Made by a program: the position numbers and the translations under genes. A stretch of 56,551 bases of DNA, counting the filler, from Stramenopiles sp. TOSAG23-2 (Eukaryota): assembly GCA_900128395.1 (NCBI GenBank). It is 5 parts of 5 records of this genome, joined end to end, with 100 filler letters (N's around TTAATTAATTAA, not from the genome) between each part and the next. Parts side by side here need not be neighbours in the genome. Positions count along the whole stretch, not along the records: positions 1 to 11,263 come from LT649949.1; positions 11,364 to 22,610 come from LT649950.1; positions 22,711 to 33,935 come from LT649952.1; 2 more parts are not named here. One strand, given 5' to 3'. Numbering within the stretch: position 1 is the stretch's first letter; each line of letters opens with the position of its first letter. Positions 11,229-22,983 of this stretch are shown here, one piece after another. The notes beneath the pieces are model-generated. The model had not been told where the DNA came from. It did not search any database and was given only the letters and a program-made list of their open reading frames with translations.

Positions 11229-11263
11229 TATATATATATACATATAACGGAAAAAGAAACAAA
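11062..11263 (+). other. 5' part of an intron carrying CCTGCACCGTGTT repeats, homologous to intron 3496-3747
   Basis: GTGAGT at 11062; core at 11074, 11102, 11142; tail 11150-11174 is 23/25 identical to the tail in the other intron; then (CA)n; no clear acceptor before the contig end. Confidence 0.75.
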
Positions 11264-11363
11264 NNNNNNNNNNNNNNNNNNNNNNNNNNNNNNNNNNNNN
11301 NNNNNNNTTAATTAATTAANNNNNNNNNNNNNNNNNNNNNNNNNNNNNNNNNNNNNNNNNNNN
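11264..11363. other. Artificial contig linker
   Basis: N44 + TTAATTAATTAA (stops in all six frames) + N44. Confidence 0.98.
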
Positions 11364-12383
11364 AATATCATCATCTTTATTATTGTTGTTGGTTTTTTTT
11401 GGTGAAATTGCTCTTGTATCTTCTATCTTTTTCTTCTCTGGTAATTGCCCTGTTTCTTTTAAATCGTTTTTATTTTCATCATCTTCAAAGTCATCATCGA
11501 AAAAACCATTATCATCATCGTCGTAATCATCCATTTCAAAACCTAAATCTGACATCATTTCATTATTGCTTTTTTTTACTCCAATAGCATTATTTCTGAT
11601 CAATGTCGGTGATTTTTGTTTTTTTGGGGCTATTAAAGTTGTTTTTGGAGATACCATTTTAGGTGACGTAGCAGATGTAGTAGAACCAGTGATTATTGTT
11701 GTAATTGTCTCTGGTTGATTTTCTTTTTGCACTTCTTGTGTGTTTTCAACATTATTTTTTTCCGTAATTACTTCTTTCGATTTGTCGATAATATTAACTG
11801 CCTGGCTATCGGTTGTTGTTGTGTTGCTAGAGTTGATATTCAACAATGCAATATTATTATTCATATCAGTTTTTTCAACTCTTTCATCATCATCATCTTC
11901 TTCTTCCACTGCATGATTTTCCATATCATTTTGTTTTACATTACCATTTCCTTTCGCCGATTCGATCTTTAATTGATGATCGACTAGTTTTTGTACTAAA
12001 CGTCTTAACTGTTTTGTTTCTACCAAGTGTGCTGCTAAAAAGTTTTTACATTTTTTTTGTAAATTTTTCGTAACTTTATCAACATTTGAATCGCCTTTTA
12101 ACTTTTTTATAGTAAACTGACGTAAGTATAATTTCTCTCCTTTGTTTTTATCTCTGAATTCAAGAATAATCGTTGGTGGAGTAACTTTCAATGCAAAACG
12201 TATTGGTTCAACATTCCTTTTTGATTTTGATGAGCGTTTACTTTTCTTTTTTCTCCCTTTGTGTTTACTACTATTACTATTATTATTTTTATTATTATTA
12301 TTTTCCTCTGAAATGTTATTATTATTATCACTAAATTTTTTCTGTGATGCATGTCCTGCACCCATATGTTTTCTAAGCATCAT
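11364..12383 (-). CDS. CEP19: CEP19-like centriolar protein, 3' partial
   Basis: PIRFALKVTPPTIILEF...KLYLRQFTIKKL...QLRRLVQKL resembles the CEP19 N-terminal domain (IRFQPPAIILIY...QLEKLF); runs into the linker. Confidence 0.7.
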
Positions 12384-12608
12384 CTTACAGAAACGTTATA
12401 AAATAATTATTTATTTATTTATATATATAATACTATTTGTAGTAATATGTTAATTTCTTTAATCTTCTTCAATATGATATTCTATGGTTTCTTTTGTGTA
12501 TATAATTCTATGCACATCTATCATCTATTTTTAACTGATGTATATATTGTAATTATAGCTCTAATTCCTCTAATAATTAATGCAACCCTAATATGTAGCT
12601 ATACTTAT

Positions 12609-13246
12609 NNNNNNNNNNNNNNNNNNNNNNNNNNNNNNNNNNNNNNNNNNNNNNNNNNNNNNNNNNNNNNNNNNNNNNNNNNNNNNNNNNNNNNNNNNNN
12701 NNNNNNNNNNNNNNNNNNNNNNNNNNNNNNNNNNNNNNNNNNNNNNNNNNNNNNNNNNNNNNNNNNNNNNNNNNNNNNNNNNNNNNNNNNNNNNNNNNNN
12801 NNNNNNNNNNNNNNNNNNNNNNNNNNNNNNNNNNNNNNNNNNNNNNNNNNNNNNNNNNNNNNNNNNNNNNNNNNNNNNNNNNNNNNNNNNNNNNNNNNNN
12901 NNNNNNNNNNNNNNNNNNNNNNNNNNNNNNNNNNNNNNNNNNNNNNNNNNNNNNNNNNNNNNNNNNNNNNNNNNNNNNNNNNNNNNNNNNNNNNNNNNNN
13001 NNNNNNNNNNNNNNNNNNNNNNNNNNNNNNNNNNNNNNNNNNNNNNNNNNNNNNNNNNNNNNNNNNNNNNNNNNNNNNNNNNNNNNNNNNNNNNNNNNNN
13101 NNNNNNNNNNNNNNNNNNNNNNNNNNNNNNNNNNNNNNNNNNNNNNNNNNNNNNNNNNNNNNNNNNNNNNNNNNNNNNNNNNNNNNNNNNNNNNNNNNNN
13201 NNNNNNNNNNNNNNNNNNNNNNNNNNNNNNNNNNNNNNNNNNNNNN
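12609..13246. other. Intra-scaffold sequencing gap (638 N)
   Basis: Run of N without the linker sequence. Confidence 0.98.
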
Positions 13247-13312
13247 ATATATATATATATAATATATTATGATATATATTATAAATAAATTGTAATGTAT
13301 CATACTAAATAT

Positions 13313-14758
13313 CTATGCCATCCAACCAGGTTTTCTAAAATTTGCACCTGTATATATTGCATCACTTCCTAATTCCTCTTCGATTCTTAACAATTGGTTA
13401 TATTTAGCTGTTCTTTCTCCACGGCATGGTGCACCAGTTTTAATTTGCCCAGTACATAAACCTACAGCTAAATCAGCAATATATGCATCTTCTGTTTCTC
13501 CACTACGATGACTTGTCATTACACCCCATCCATTTTGCTTTGACATTTTCACCGCATTGATCGATTCTGTAATGGAGCCAATTTGATTTACTTTCAAAAG
13601 CAAGCAATTTGCTGCTCCTTCTTTTACAGCTTGCTCGATTTTAGTTGGGTTTGTCACGGTTAAATCATCCCCAACAACTTGGCATTCCACTCCAACTGCA
13701 GAGCAAAATTTGGACCAATTGCTCCAGTCATCTTGATCAAATGGATCTTCCACGGTGACAAATGGATATTCTTGAATTAATTTTTGGTAAAAGGCAATCA
13801 TTTCATCACCAGTTAACAAAGCTGATGTGTCTTTATCTGCTCCTGTTGTTTTAAAATCCAAATCATATGCATCTTCACCATCAACTTTAAATTCAGACGC
13901 AGCGACATCTAATCCAAGCGTTACTTCTTTCTCATATCCAGCTCTTTGAATACCTTCCATTAATAAATCAACACCTTGTTGAACATCAATTGGAGGAGCA
14001 AAGCCACCTTCATCTCCTATTAACGTGGCATCACCACCATATTTTTCTTTAATAACAGATTTTAAACTATGGAACACTTCGCATCCTATTACCATAGCCT
14101 CTTTGAAGGAATTGGCACCCGTTGGTATGACGAAAAATTCTTGAAATGCTAATTTATTACCTGCATGTTCTCCCCCATTAATTACATTGAAACATGGAGT
14201 TGGTAATTCATTTGCATTTGGATTTCCTGCTAAATCTGCATAATGTTTGAACAATGGTACGCCTTTTGCTGATGCACCTGCTTTTGAAATTGCCAAGGAA
14301 GCGCCAAGAATTGCATTTGCGCCTAGGTTTGTTTTGTTTGGTGTGCCATCTAAATCAAGCATCAATTGATCAAGTCCACTTTGATCAGTCGGGTCTTTCC
14401 CAAGAAGAGCTGGACCAAGTGTTGCGTTCACAGCTCCAACTGCTTGCAATACACCTTTTCCCATGTACCGTTTTCCACCATCACGTATTTCACAAGCTTC
14501 GTATATACCTGTGGAAGCGCCAGATGGTACACTTGCCCTATGTAATCGGTTATCATCTGTAGTGATATCAACTTCAACAGTTGGATTTCCACGTGAATCA
14601 ATAATTTCACGAGCGTGTACTTTTGTGATAGTACTAAATGCTGCACGTGACGATTTTTCCCAAGGAGTAGATGCAGATGCATATTGTGATGCTTGTACGA
14701 CATTTGTAATGTTCTTGATTTGTTTGGTGAACAATGGTGTGATTAATTTGCTATTCAT
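13313..14758 (-). CDS. ENO: Enolase with N-terminal presequence (probably mitochondrial)
   Basis: [63 protein letters not shown]; likely start MNSKLITP at 14758 rather than the track's 14962. Confidence 0.97.
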   Translation of the reverse strand: MNSKLITPLFTKQIKNITNVVQASQYASASTPWEKSSRAAFSTITKVHAREIIDSRGNPTVEVDITTDDNRLHRASVPSGASTGIYEACEIRDGGKRYMGKGVLQAVGAVNATLGPALLGKDPTDQSGLDQLMLDLDGTPNKTNLGANAILGASLAISKAGASAKGVPLFKHYADLAGNPNANELPTPCFNVINGGEHAGNKLAFQEFFVIPTGANSFKEAMVIGCEVFHSLKSVIKEKYGGDATLIGDEGGFAPPIDVQQGVDLLMEGIQRAGYEKEVTLGLDVAASEFKVDGEDAYDLDFKTTGADKDTSALLTGDEMIAFYQKLIQEYPFVTVEDPFDQDDWSNWSKFCSAVGVECQVVGDDLTVTNPTKIEQAVKEGAANCLLLKVNQIGSITESINAVKMSKQNGWGVMTSHRSGETEDAYIADLAVGLCTGQIKTGAPCRGERTAKYNQLLRIEEELGSDAIYTGANFRKPGWMA

Positions 14759-14827
14759 TGTGTTAAAATGTGTTGTTTCAGTAGTTGATAAGTAATAATT
14801 AATAATATCTCTCTTTCCACACTCGAC

Positions 14828-17689
14828 GTGACTAACATTAAAAAGAAACGTAAGAGAAAGCGTGGGCGTGATGAGGATAATAACAGACATGATGATAATG
14901 ATAATGAAGAAAGTGGGAATGGCAGAGCTGGAGATAGGAAGTCTGCTAAAAAACGTCGGCATATAAGTGCTCCAAAATCATCGAGTAAATTACAACGGGA
15001 TCTCCAAGTTGCAACTCCCGTTTCAAGCGATAACGATGACAATGTTGATATAAGCAAGAAAACAAAAATTAATATAAAAAATACGAAGAAGGAAAAAAAT
15101 ATTTTGGAATCATGCCTATCGAAATCAAATGATGAAGGTCCATTGACTTCCATTTTATCAACATCGGCTTCTTCTGTAAAAAGTAAAGGTATAAATGAAA
15201 ATCGATCGAATGGTTTTCATGCCCATCAAAAGAATAATTCATCGAGCCATGATCGACGTGTTAGTTTTGGTAAATTTAACAGTGGTTTCGGTAGTAGCGA
15301 TTTAAAGTCATCTCCAAGTGGTGGAAGCGCTTTATTTGATGATACCATGAATACGACATCAGACACAAACGGGGGCGTCTTTGGTAATTCTCCTACTTCG
15401 AACACACGATTAGAGTTTGATGAAAAACGTCGTGTTGGCTACAATAACAAAGGTCTTAATGTTTTAAAATCATCAATATCATCTGTATCGCCATCGAAAC
15501 CTGAATTTCATAAATCCCCGGAAGCAACATATGCTTTATGGGGTAATGATCCTACAAAACATAATTTTGACAAGCCATTTAATAAATACGAAGCATCGAA
15601 AAAGAAAAATAACTATCTCAATTTTCATTTACGTAATAATAATAATAGCAGTCCTTATAATAATTATATGAACGCCAATCAACGATATCACCGTCAGCAA
15701 TTATACCAACAAGAACAGCAGCAGCAACAACAACAATATTATTATTCTCATCAACATGATGGTTATTATGAGGCTATGCCGAGCCACTATAATCACACAA
15801 TTTATGAAGAAAGAAATGACAATAATATTTCGCAGCAAGAAAGTCGGGATTTTTTAGCATATCAAGAATTACTGCGTCAAAAACAAAAAACAGGACAGCG
15901 ACCATTGTATCAAACAATGCGTTCCCCATCAGGCGGAGTAATTAATATTGATGAAGAGTATGATCCTCTATATCGCTTGAATCTAATTAATAGTATTGCA
16001 AATCGAAATAGTTATACCAATACTAGCACTCCGCACTCTTCAGTGCCACATCATGAGAGGGGAACTATGGCTTGGGAATTAGAACGTGAAGAGGCAGATC
16101 GTAAACGTATTGAACAGTTGAGAGTTGCAAAATCTAGTCTTCGATCTTTACGAGAGAAAGCGAAAGAGCATAATAGCAATGATAATATTAGTATTAGGTT
16201 TGGTAATAATAACCTTTTACCTGAAATTAAGATAAGCCCTCGCAAAAATGTTTCTAATTTGAATCAAGATACAGATGTAGGCGAAAGTTATTTGCATGGA
16301 GGTAATCAAAATGATAATAGTGCTAATAATATTAATGGCGCAAAAACAACAAAAGTCGATCTTCCAACAAGTAGTGCGCCGATATCATCAAATTTATCTC
16401 ACAAAGAATTATCCAAGTCTTTATTTGCTTTTACTAAAGTTAATATACCTGGTGTAACAGATGGCAGTACTCGTTTTGGATCAAATAGTAGCGTAACATC
16501 GTCTAGAACAGATGTTAATAACTCTAATAAGCATATTTCGTATGGAAATTTTGATGCATACATGGATAATACGGTGCAGGAAGAAGTAGAAAGTACAGAC
16601 AATGATACCAAAATAAAGTTACCAAGCAATAGCGTATCACTAAATAAAGAATTGGAAACACCATTATTTAGTTTCGCAACTACATCCACAAATTGCAGCA
16701 GTAAGGATCAATCTTTTATGGTGGAAAGCAATGTCAATAACTCTAATAAGCATATTTCGTATGGAAATTTTGATGCATATTTTCCACCTGGAGGAGATGA
16801 AATTAATGACGCAATAGAAAGCGAGGAAGAAGAAGGTGAAGATCACGAGGAGGACACTATCAATTCTTCTAGACCATCATTCGAACCCAGAATTGAGCCT
16901 GGTGATCTTGCCCGTGTTGAATTAGCATGGAATCGCAATCTTGATGAAAGAGATGTGGTGATTGATAGTACCAAACATGGAAAAGATCACAGAGACAGGG
17001 ATGTTATATATGAGAGTGAGGTAACACGGAAAGACTACAAATCGTTAGTTCCAGGTTCATGGCTGAGTGATGGTATTATAAATCCGTATATTAAAGTTTT
17101 GAGAAATATATGCCGTATAAATAAGCTGAAAATCCATTGGTGGCAAACATCGTTTTTTATAAAGGTATATAATAACGGCGATTTTGCTTACAATGAAGTG
17201 AAAAGATGGGGCAGAAGGGTTATTGGTAAGAACATTTTTGAAATGGACAAAATGTTTATACCTGTGCATAAAGATGGATCGCATTGGATATTAATCGAAG
17301 CATGTATGAAAAGTAAAGAAATTAAATTTTATGATTCGATGTTAGGCGCGTTAGATGAAAAATATGCATTCAAGATGATGACTACGATTGCCCAGTATAT
17401 CAATAAAGAAGGTGAGCAAAAACAAATTGAAGGTTTGAATGCAATGGATTGGAAAATGTCAATAGTTAAAAATACACCTCAACAACGCAATGGTTATGAT
17501 TGTGGTGTTTTTATGTTGCAAAATGGACGTGCGTTGATGGGAATTATTGATAATGTAAATGGTATACAATTTAATCAAGGTAATATTGATTACTACAGGT
17601 ACTTGATTGGTGCGACATTGATTGATCCGGAGAAATATGCACCTAAAAGTGTTGAACATGCTGAGGAGGAAATGACAATGCAAGTGTAA
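14828..17689 (+). CDS. Ulp1/SENP-family SUMO protease (peptidase C48) with long disordered N-terminus; start uncertain
   Basis: [23 protein letters not shown] (His), FYDS (Asp), [12 protein letters not shown] (Gln/Cys). Confidence 0.92.
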   Translation: MTNIKKKRKRKRGRDEDNNRHDDNDNEESGNGRAGDRKSAKKRRHISAPKSSSKLQRDLQVATPVSSDNDDNVDISKKTKINIKNTKKEKNILESCLSKSNDEGPLTSILSTSASSVKSKGINENRSNGFHAHQKNNSSSHDRRVSFGKFNSGFGSSDLKSSPSGGSALFDDTMNTTSDTNGGVFGNSPTSNTRLEFDEKRRVGYNNKGLNVLKSSISSVSPSKPEFHKSPEATYALWGNDPTKHNFDKPFNKYEASKKKNNYLNFHLRNNNNSSPYNNYMNANQRYHRQQLYQQEQQQQQQQYYYSHQHDGYYEAMPSHYNHTIYEERNDNNISQQESRDFLAYQELLRQKQKTGQRPLYQTMRSPSGGVINIDEEYDPLYRLNLINSIANRNSYTNTSTPHSSVPHHERGTMAWELEREEADRKRIEQLRVAKSSLRSLREKAKEHNSNDNISIRFGNNNLLPEIKISPRKNVSNLNQDTDVGESYLHGGNQNDNSANNINGAKTTKVDLPTSSAPISSNLSHKELSKSLFAFTKVNIPGVTDGSTRFGSNSSVTSSRTDVNNSNKHISYGNFDAYMDNTVQEEVESTDNDTKIKLPSNSVSLNKELETPLFSFATTSTNCSSKDQSFMVESNVNNSNKHISYGNFDAYFPPGGDEINDAIESEEEEGEDHEEDTINSSRPSFEPRIEPGDLARVELAWNRNLDERDVVIDSTKHGKDHRDRDVIYESEVTRKDYKSLVPGSWLSDGIINPYIKVLRNICRINKLKIHWWQTSFFIKVYNNGDFAYNEVKRWGRRVIGKNIFEMDKMFIPVHKDGSHWILIEACMKSKEIKFYDSMLGALDEKYAFKMMTTIAQYINKEGEQKQIEGLNAMDWKMSIVKNTPQQRNGYDCGVFMLQNGRALMGIIDNVNGIQFNQGNIDYYRYLIGATLIDPEKYAPKSVEHAEEEMTMQV
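16512..16779. repeat. 49-nt in-frame direct repeat (219-nt offset) in the Ulp1 CDS
   Basis: 16512-16560 vs 16731-16779, 48/49 identical ([16 protein letters not shown] twice). Confidence 0.9.
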
Positions 17690-18097
17690 AACAAAAAAAC
17701 ATACGAGTCGTAAATGATATATGATACGTAAATTTATCTAGTTTACGCATTTCATAAAAATTTACTCGTATTTTTTTACTTTACTCCATATGATAATTCC
17801 TACGTACTCTTCAAAAGACTATACAATAACTGAGACAATATTACGTACAATACCATTATATTTTTTACGTACGTACGTACAAATATCATACTCGTACCTC
17901 GTATCTTTTTCGTATCTCACACTAGGTGTTGATATTCTCTCATTAAAAGAGAATTTTACCAAAAATAAAAAGGTAAATAGAGAGATGGTATACTTCGTAT
18001 ATATTTTTACAACAATATAATTTATCAAAATATCGCGACTTTAATTTTTTTTCACACTCTGAAAAAGCATACTTCGTACCAAGTATTCGTACCACAA

Positions 18098-18126
<29 letters not shown>

Positions 18127-18128
<2 letters not shown>

Positions 18129-20214
18129 ATGAGACACCATTATTACTGCGCTGCTGCATTTGTTTTTGCATTAAATGTTTTTTTTTAATTCTTCTGCGTT
18201 CTCTTTCTTCCTTCATTTTTTTAAACCTCGCAGCAGCTTGGTCACCGTATGCATTTCTTCTATTTCGCCTTTCTGTTTCTTTTTTCTTAATTTTTTTATC
18301 TGCTGCTTTAATATGTAGTCTAGCGGCTGTATGTGGGGTGTCATCCCTGAACCTGAATTTTGATGCGTGCTCATTAATTAATGGAGTTGCTAATGCATTT
18401 GCCAACAGTATGTACGCTTTGGATGGGGATGAAGTTACACCGTTTGTTAAATTTACTTTATATCGCCTCATACTTTGTGGCACACCACTCATTAATGCGG
18501 ACGTTTTATTACCAACATATTGACTACCATTATTACTGTTACTTTTGCTTTCAACTATTCCAGTTTTTGATGCAGTCAACTTCTTGTCGTCAACATCCCC
18601 ATTACTCAAAGTCTCGCTTTCATTATCAACGTTATCATTATTATTATTATTTTCCTCGCTATTCTTATTATTATTATCATTGTTACCATTGAAAGTGCCA
18701 CCGTTTGCACCATTCGCATCGTCGCGCAGACTTCCTACCCAATGAGAAGCTGCTTTGCCATCTCCATGCCCAGTAGTAATATGCATCCGTACACCATTCA
18801 TATTCATACCTACATAAGGGCGTTGGAGAGCTCGTTTTGCATCTATACTATTACGCTTATAAAATTTACTGCATGTTTGACCTGGTTTTGGATACTTGTA
18901 TTTACCATTCCCAAGTTCACTATTCTGCGAATATTTTAATATACGACTGATCCGGTTTTTACGTTGACGAAGTTTTTTCTCAATCGCTTTTGTTTTCAAA
19001 TTTGGATTATGAATCATTTCCTTATAAGCCGATTTAAGATCACTTGAAGAAATTGTTGATTGCATGTTTGCCTTGACCTCTGCTTCCTTTTTGCGCACTC
19101 TAGATGACGACATCGAACGTCCATCTGGTCCTAATGTTTTAGAAAATCTCATTGGTTTAACACCTTTGACACGATCAGCATACTTTGCATTATCACGCAA
19201 TGAGCCCGCCCATCTTGCCATCGGGATACCATCACATGTACCTAAATATTGGTCCACGTGATGCCCATGCTGTGCCATATTTAATCCAATCCAGGCATTT
19301 CTCTCTTTTGCTTTGACAGCTTCTATTGAGTTTCTTCGATAATGTTTGCTTTCCCATTGGCCTGGTAAGGGGTATTGCGCAGGTGCGTGATTGTCAATGC
19401 CAATTGCAGTTATTATTGATGATTTATTTTGATAATTATCATTATTATTCCTCTTTTGAATATTATTGTTGTCCATTGAAATCATATTTGCACTAGCCGT
19501 ACTTTGATTTCTTTCTAAATCTTCCACTGAAATATCGTTTTCTACATGGCTATTACTATAACCCATACTGCCATTTACATTCTCCATCATTAAAAACGAA
19601 TCTTCTTCTATATCTTCCTCACCATTTATTATTCTAGATAGTTCAGCGTTATTATCTATATTTACTTGTTGTAACTCACCTAAACGTTTATCGCATAACT
19701 CTTGCAATTGCATTGCCGTTGTTAAAACGGTGTCTTTAGTTAAAGCAGAGGACAATTTGCCGGCGCCTTCGATGTCATTATGCAACGCAATGTCGACATT
19801 TTCAGAAGCTAATATATTAATTTGTTCGGAAAATATATTTTTTCCACTTCGCTCCAAAACAGAAAGCAATATTTCTACACCTGTCATGCCTATTGAAATC
19901 TCACTATTAAAACCACCATCATTATCCATACATAAAAGTAAATCATGTCTTAACTGTTTCAAATTATTTAAATCAATTTCATTAAATGGTATAACAAAAT
20001 TTTCCCAGTTGTAAGTTATTAATTTCGTATGATTGTCATCGACACCATCACGAATAGGACTATGCTGTTTCCCGTTATTATTATTATTATTATTTCCAAG
20101 ATTAGCTGATAATGGTGAACCATTTTCTATTTGAACAGGACTCATAGCATCAAAAGTAAAAGCATCATCTATCTGCGTTCCACCTGATTGTGGAGACTGC
20201 ATTCCATCGGCCAT
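18127..20214 (-). CDS. Hypothetical protein with a duplicated ~60-aa motif
   Basis: 695-aa ORF; YPxPGQ..SKxYxRNSIxA...GxNM...DG....W[AV]GSLRD occurs twice. Confidence 0.8.
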
Positions 20215-20757
20215 AAAGAATACTATATAATTATATTTACTTATTCCTTCTAAGATGTCATATCTAGATGTAAATTGAATATTTTACTCTTTATGATATT
20301 TTATATCACATTATTGGATATTCATATATATCTGTATTTTATAAAATAGTATTATTATTATTTTTTTATTGTTGGCAACAACTGTGCTGCTATTATCAAT
20401 TAATTTGCCAGGATTAGCATAGAGAATACATGTACATGTACCAGCTGGCCAGGTACTGTAGCTCTCCTAAAGAGAGAGTATTAATACTGTCATACCATAG
20501 AGATCATGGTGCCCTATATAAGTCGTATTCGGAATTCGGAGGTGAGTATAGTGAGTACCTGGTAAAGTAGTAACCTTGCATTTTATTAGAAATAGATATA
20601 TTTAAATATATATATATAGCTATATGAAATTCTTTACAAGTTTATCTCCTCTTCTGTTGTACGTGCGTACCGATAACGATATGATATATATTTTGACCTA
20701 TCCCGGACACTTATAAAATATTCACACATGTATATATATATAATAACACACACATTT

Positions 20758-22230
20758 TTAAAAAATCATAATTTTTTTCTTCCCCCTCGATTTCTTCTTG
20801 TTAGAAGAAGAATGTTGATGTCTTGGAGAATTATTATTACTATTACTACTGCTGTTGTTGTTATTTCCATTATTCGTGGATTGTCTTGATTTAGCTACCG
20901 TTGTTAAGGATTTACTTTCACCATTATCTGAAGATATTGAAGAGGTCGATTTACGGCTAATAGAATTAGTAGTTTTTCTTTGTTGTTGTTTGGTATCATG
21001 AAGCTTTTGCATTTTAATATTAATATTATTATTGGTATTATTGTTACCGCCGATAACATATCTACGATTTGCTGAAGATGGTTCATCATAGTCGAAATCA
21101 TTTACATTGCCAAAGACTAATGTATTTCTATTTCTACGAAATTGTTGTTTTGACACTGATTTTTTATTTTCAGATTTTGGCAATACAATATTATTAGTAT
21201 TATTATTACTATAATTGTTATGCCCTTTGTTTCGAATACTTTCTTTCTTTGAAGCATTTTTCTTCGTAGTAGAATATGTACTATCCTTTTTCATCATCAA
21301 ACCTTTTTGATCAGTAATATTATTATTAATGCTATTATTATTTCTCTTAATTTTAACAGGAGAAATCTTCTTCTTCATAGTTTTTTTAGTACCATTGGCA
21401 ATAATATCCATATTTTTATTCCTTGTAACACAAGTCTCACTTTCTATTGAATGAGCAGATTGCTTTTTATTTTTATTTCTATTATTTTTCTTATTTCTTA
21501 TTTTTTTACTATCTGCTTTCCTTGCAACAGGGATAATTTGGATTTTAGATTTCTTTGCTTTAGAAGATGATTTTTGTCCCTTCTTTTCAGGGGTTGTTGG
21601 CGCATTGTGGTTACCTTTCATGTGGTTCATCTTTTGCTGCTTCACTTTTCCAAGGATAACTACTCCAGAGGCAAGTTCATATTTCTCATCAACATTGCCA
21701 TTATTCGTAGTTGATTTTTTTTTATTACTACCACTTTCATCTGCTTTCTTTCTATCATTAATATTATTTCGAATGGGTGATATATTCACTTCAGCTTTAA
21801 TATGATTGTTATCCTTTCGCTTTTTCATGGATTGTTTCTTCTTTCCACGTTTTCCATTTTTATCCATCTCCATTTTAGGTTTTGTTACAGTAGATTTTTT
21901 TGGTACTGCTGATTGAGATTTTATAACCTTTTTTGGTTTACTACTATTTATAAAAGTATCGCTTTCTTTTGTAATATCATTCAATTTCTTCTTCTTGTGA
22001 ACTATTTTATGATCATTGATTTTCGATTTGTTGTATGGGTCATTATTTTTTGCTTCAATATGATTAATATTATCATTATTATCCTGATTATTTATATGAT
22101 TTACAGTATCCATCCTCTTATAAATTGGTATTTCATGCTTTTGTTCATAATTATGATTCAATGTTACAATTTTATTATCACTATTATTTAATGTCAATAT
22201 ATTATTTAGCTTTTTCTCCTGTTTCTTCAC
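20758..22230 (-). CDS. Lys/Asn-rich low-complexity coding region; 5' boundary uncertain
   Basis: Long open frame with genome-typical poly-Asn/Lys composition; the part above about 22230 is antisense to an RRM-like frame. Confidence 0.55.
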   Translation of the reverse strand: MKKQEKKLNNILTLNNSDNKIVTLNHNYEQKHEIPIYKRMDTVNHINNQDNNDNINHIEAKNNDPYNKSKINDHKIVHKKKKLNDITKESDTFINSSKPKKVIKSQSAVPKKSTVTKPKMEMDKNGKRGKKKQSMKKRKDNNHIKAEVNISPIRNNINDRKKADESGSNKKKSTTNNGNVDEKYELASGVVILGKVKQQKMNHMKGNHNAPTTPEKKGQKSSSKAKKSKIQIIPVARKADSKKIRNKKNNRNKNKKQSAHSIESETCVTRNKNMDIIANGTKKTMKKKISPVKIKRNNNSINNNITDQKGLMMKKDSTYSTTKKNASKKESIRNKGHNNYSNNNTNNIVLPKSENKKSVSKQQFRRNRNTLVFGNVNDFDYDEPSSANRRYVIGGNNNTNNNINIKMQKLHDTKQQQRKTTNSISRKSTSSISSDNGESKSLTTVAKSRQSTNNGNNNNSSSNSNNNSPRHQHSSSNKKKSRGKKKIMIF

Positions 22231-22610
22231 CACCAGAGTACATATTGCTTTTATCAAATGTTCCAGCAGGTTTAGGGGCTGATCAAATCCACGATACGTT
22301 TGAATTGTTTGGCGAAATTGTTTATTGTAGAATGTTGCTGAATGCCGCACCTATACATGATCGTAAATATGGCCATTCACCTGATTGTTGTGTTATTGTA
22401 TTTAAATCCCCTGAAGCAGTTATTACAGCCGCAGCTTACAATGAATTGATAATATTAGGAAGGCCAGTGTATTTGCATGCAATAACGTCAAATGGTGTGG
22501 GATTAGCGAAGTTAAAATTGGATCATACAACGAATGCAACTACATTGCCTTCGACAGCAAAATCATCATCGTCATCCTCTTCCACTACAACTTTTTTTAA
22601 TGCTGGTGCA
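22191..22610 (+). CDS. RRM-like domain fragment, 3' partial
   Basis: LLLSNVPAGLGADQIHDTFELFGEIVYCRM...CCVIVFKSPEAVITA...ILGRPVYL fits the RNP2/helix/RNP1 layout. Confidence 0.65.
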
Positions 22611-22710
22611 NNNNNNNNNNNNNNNNNNNNNNNNNNNNNNNNNNNNNNNNNNNNTTAATTAATTAANNNNNNNNNNNNNNNNNNNNNNNNNNNNNNNNNN
22701 NNNNNNNNNN
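22611..22710. other. Artificial contig linker
   Basis: N44-TTAATTAATTAA-N44. Confidence 0.98.
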
Positions 22711-22712
22711 TA

Positions 22713-22832
22713 AGTGGTGGAAATGCAACTAAAATTGAGGAAGCTGTAATTCAAGCATTGAATTCCATTTTAGGTTTTGTAATGCCATTATGTTCAACTT
22801 TGGGCTGGTATGATACGAACGATATGAAATAA
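22713..22832 (+). CDS. C-terminal fragment of an unknown gene at contig start
   Basis: Open frame SGGNATKIEEAVIQALNSILGFVMPLCSTLGWYDTNDMK* followed by UTR-like sequence. Confidence 0.4.
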   Translation, partial: SGGNATKIEEAVIQALNSILGFVMPLCSTLGWYDTNDMK

Positions 22833-22983
22833 AAAAGAGAGAGAAAGATAGGCCGAAAAGTGTATTTTATATGTGTGTGTGAGTGTGGTTTTTAATATAT
22901 TGATCTACAATGAAAATATATAACGAGTTACTGTATGAATATATGGAGAGAAAGATATTAATATATATACTCTTTTCTGCCTC

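Noticed and set aside
11308-11319. TTAATTAATTAA palindrome recurring every ~11.3 kb
   Set aside because: Synthetic six-frame-stop linker flanked by exactly 44 N on each side
12447-13303. ORFs of 271 and 232 aa
   Set aside because: Almost entirely N gap
14759-14962. Extended enolase N-terminus with a hydrophobic 'signal peptide'
   Set aside because: It is the antisense of the Asp/Asn/Lys-rich Ulp1 frame; MNSKL at 14758 is the more plausible start
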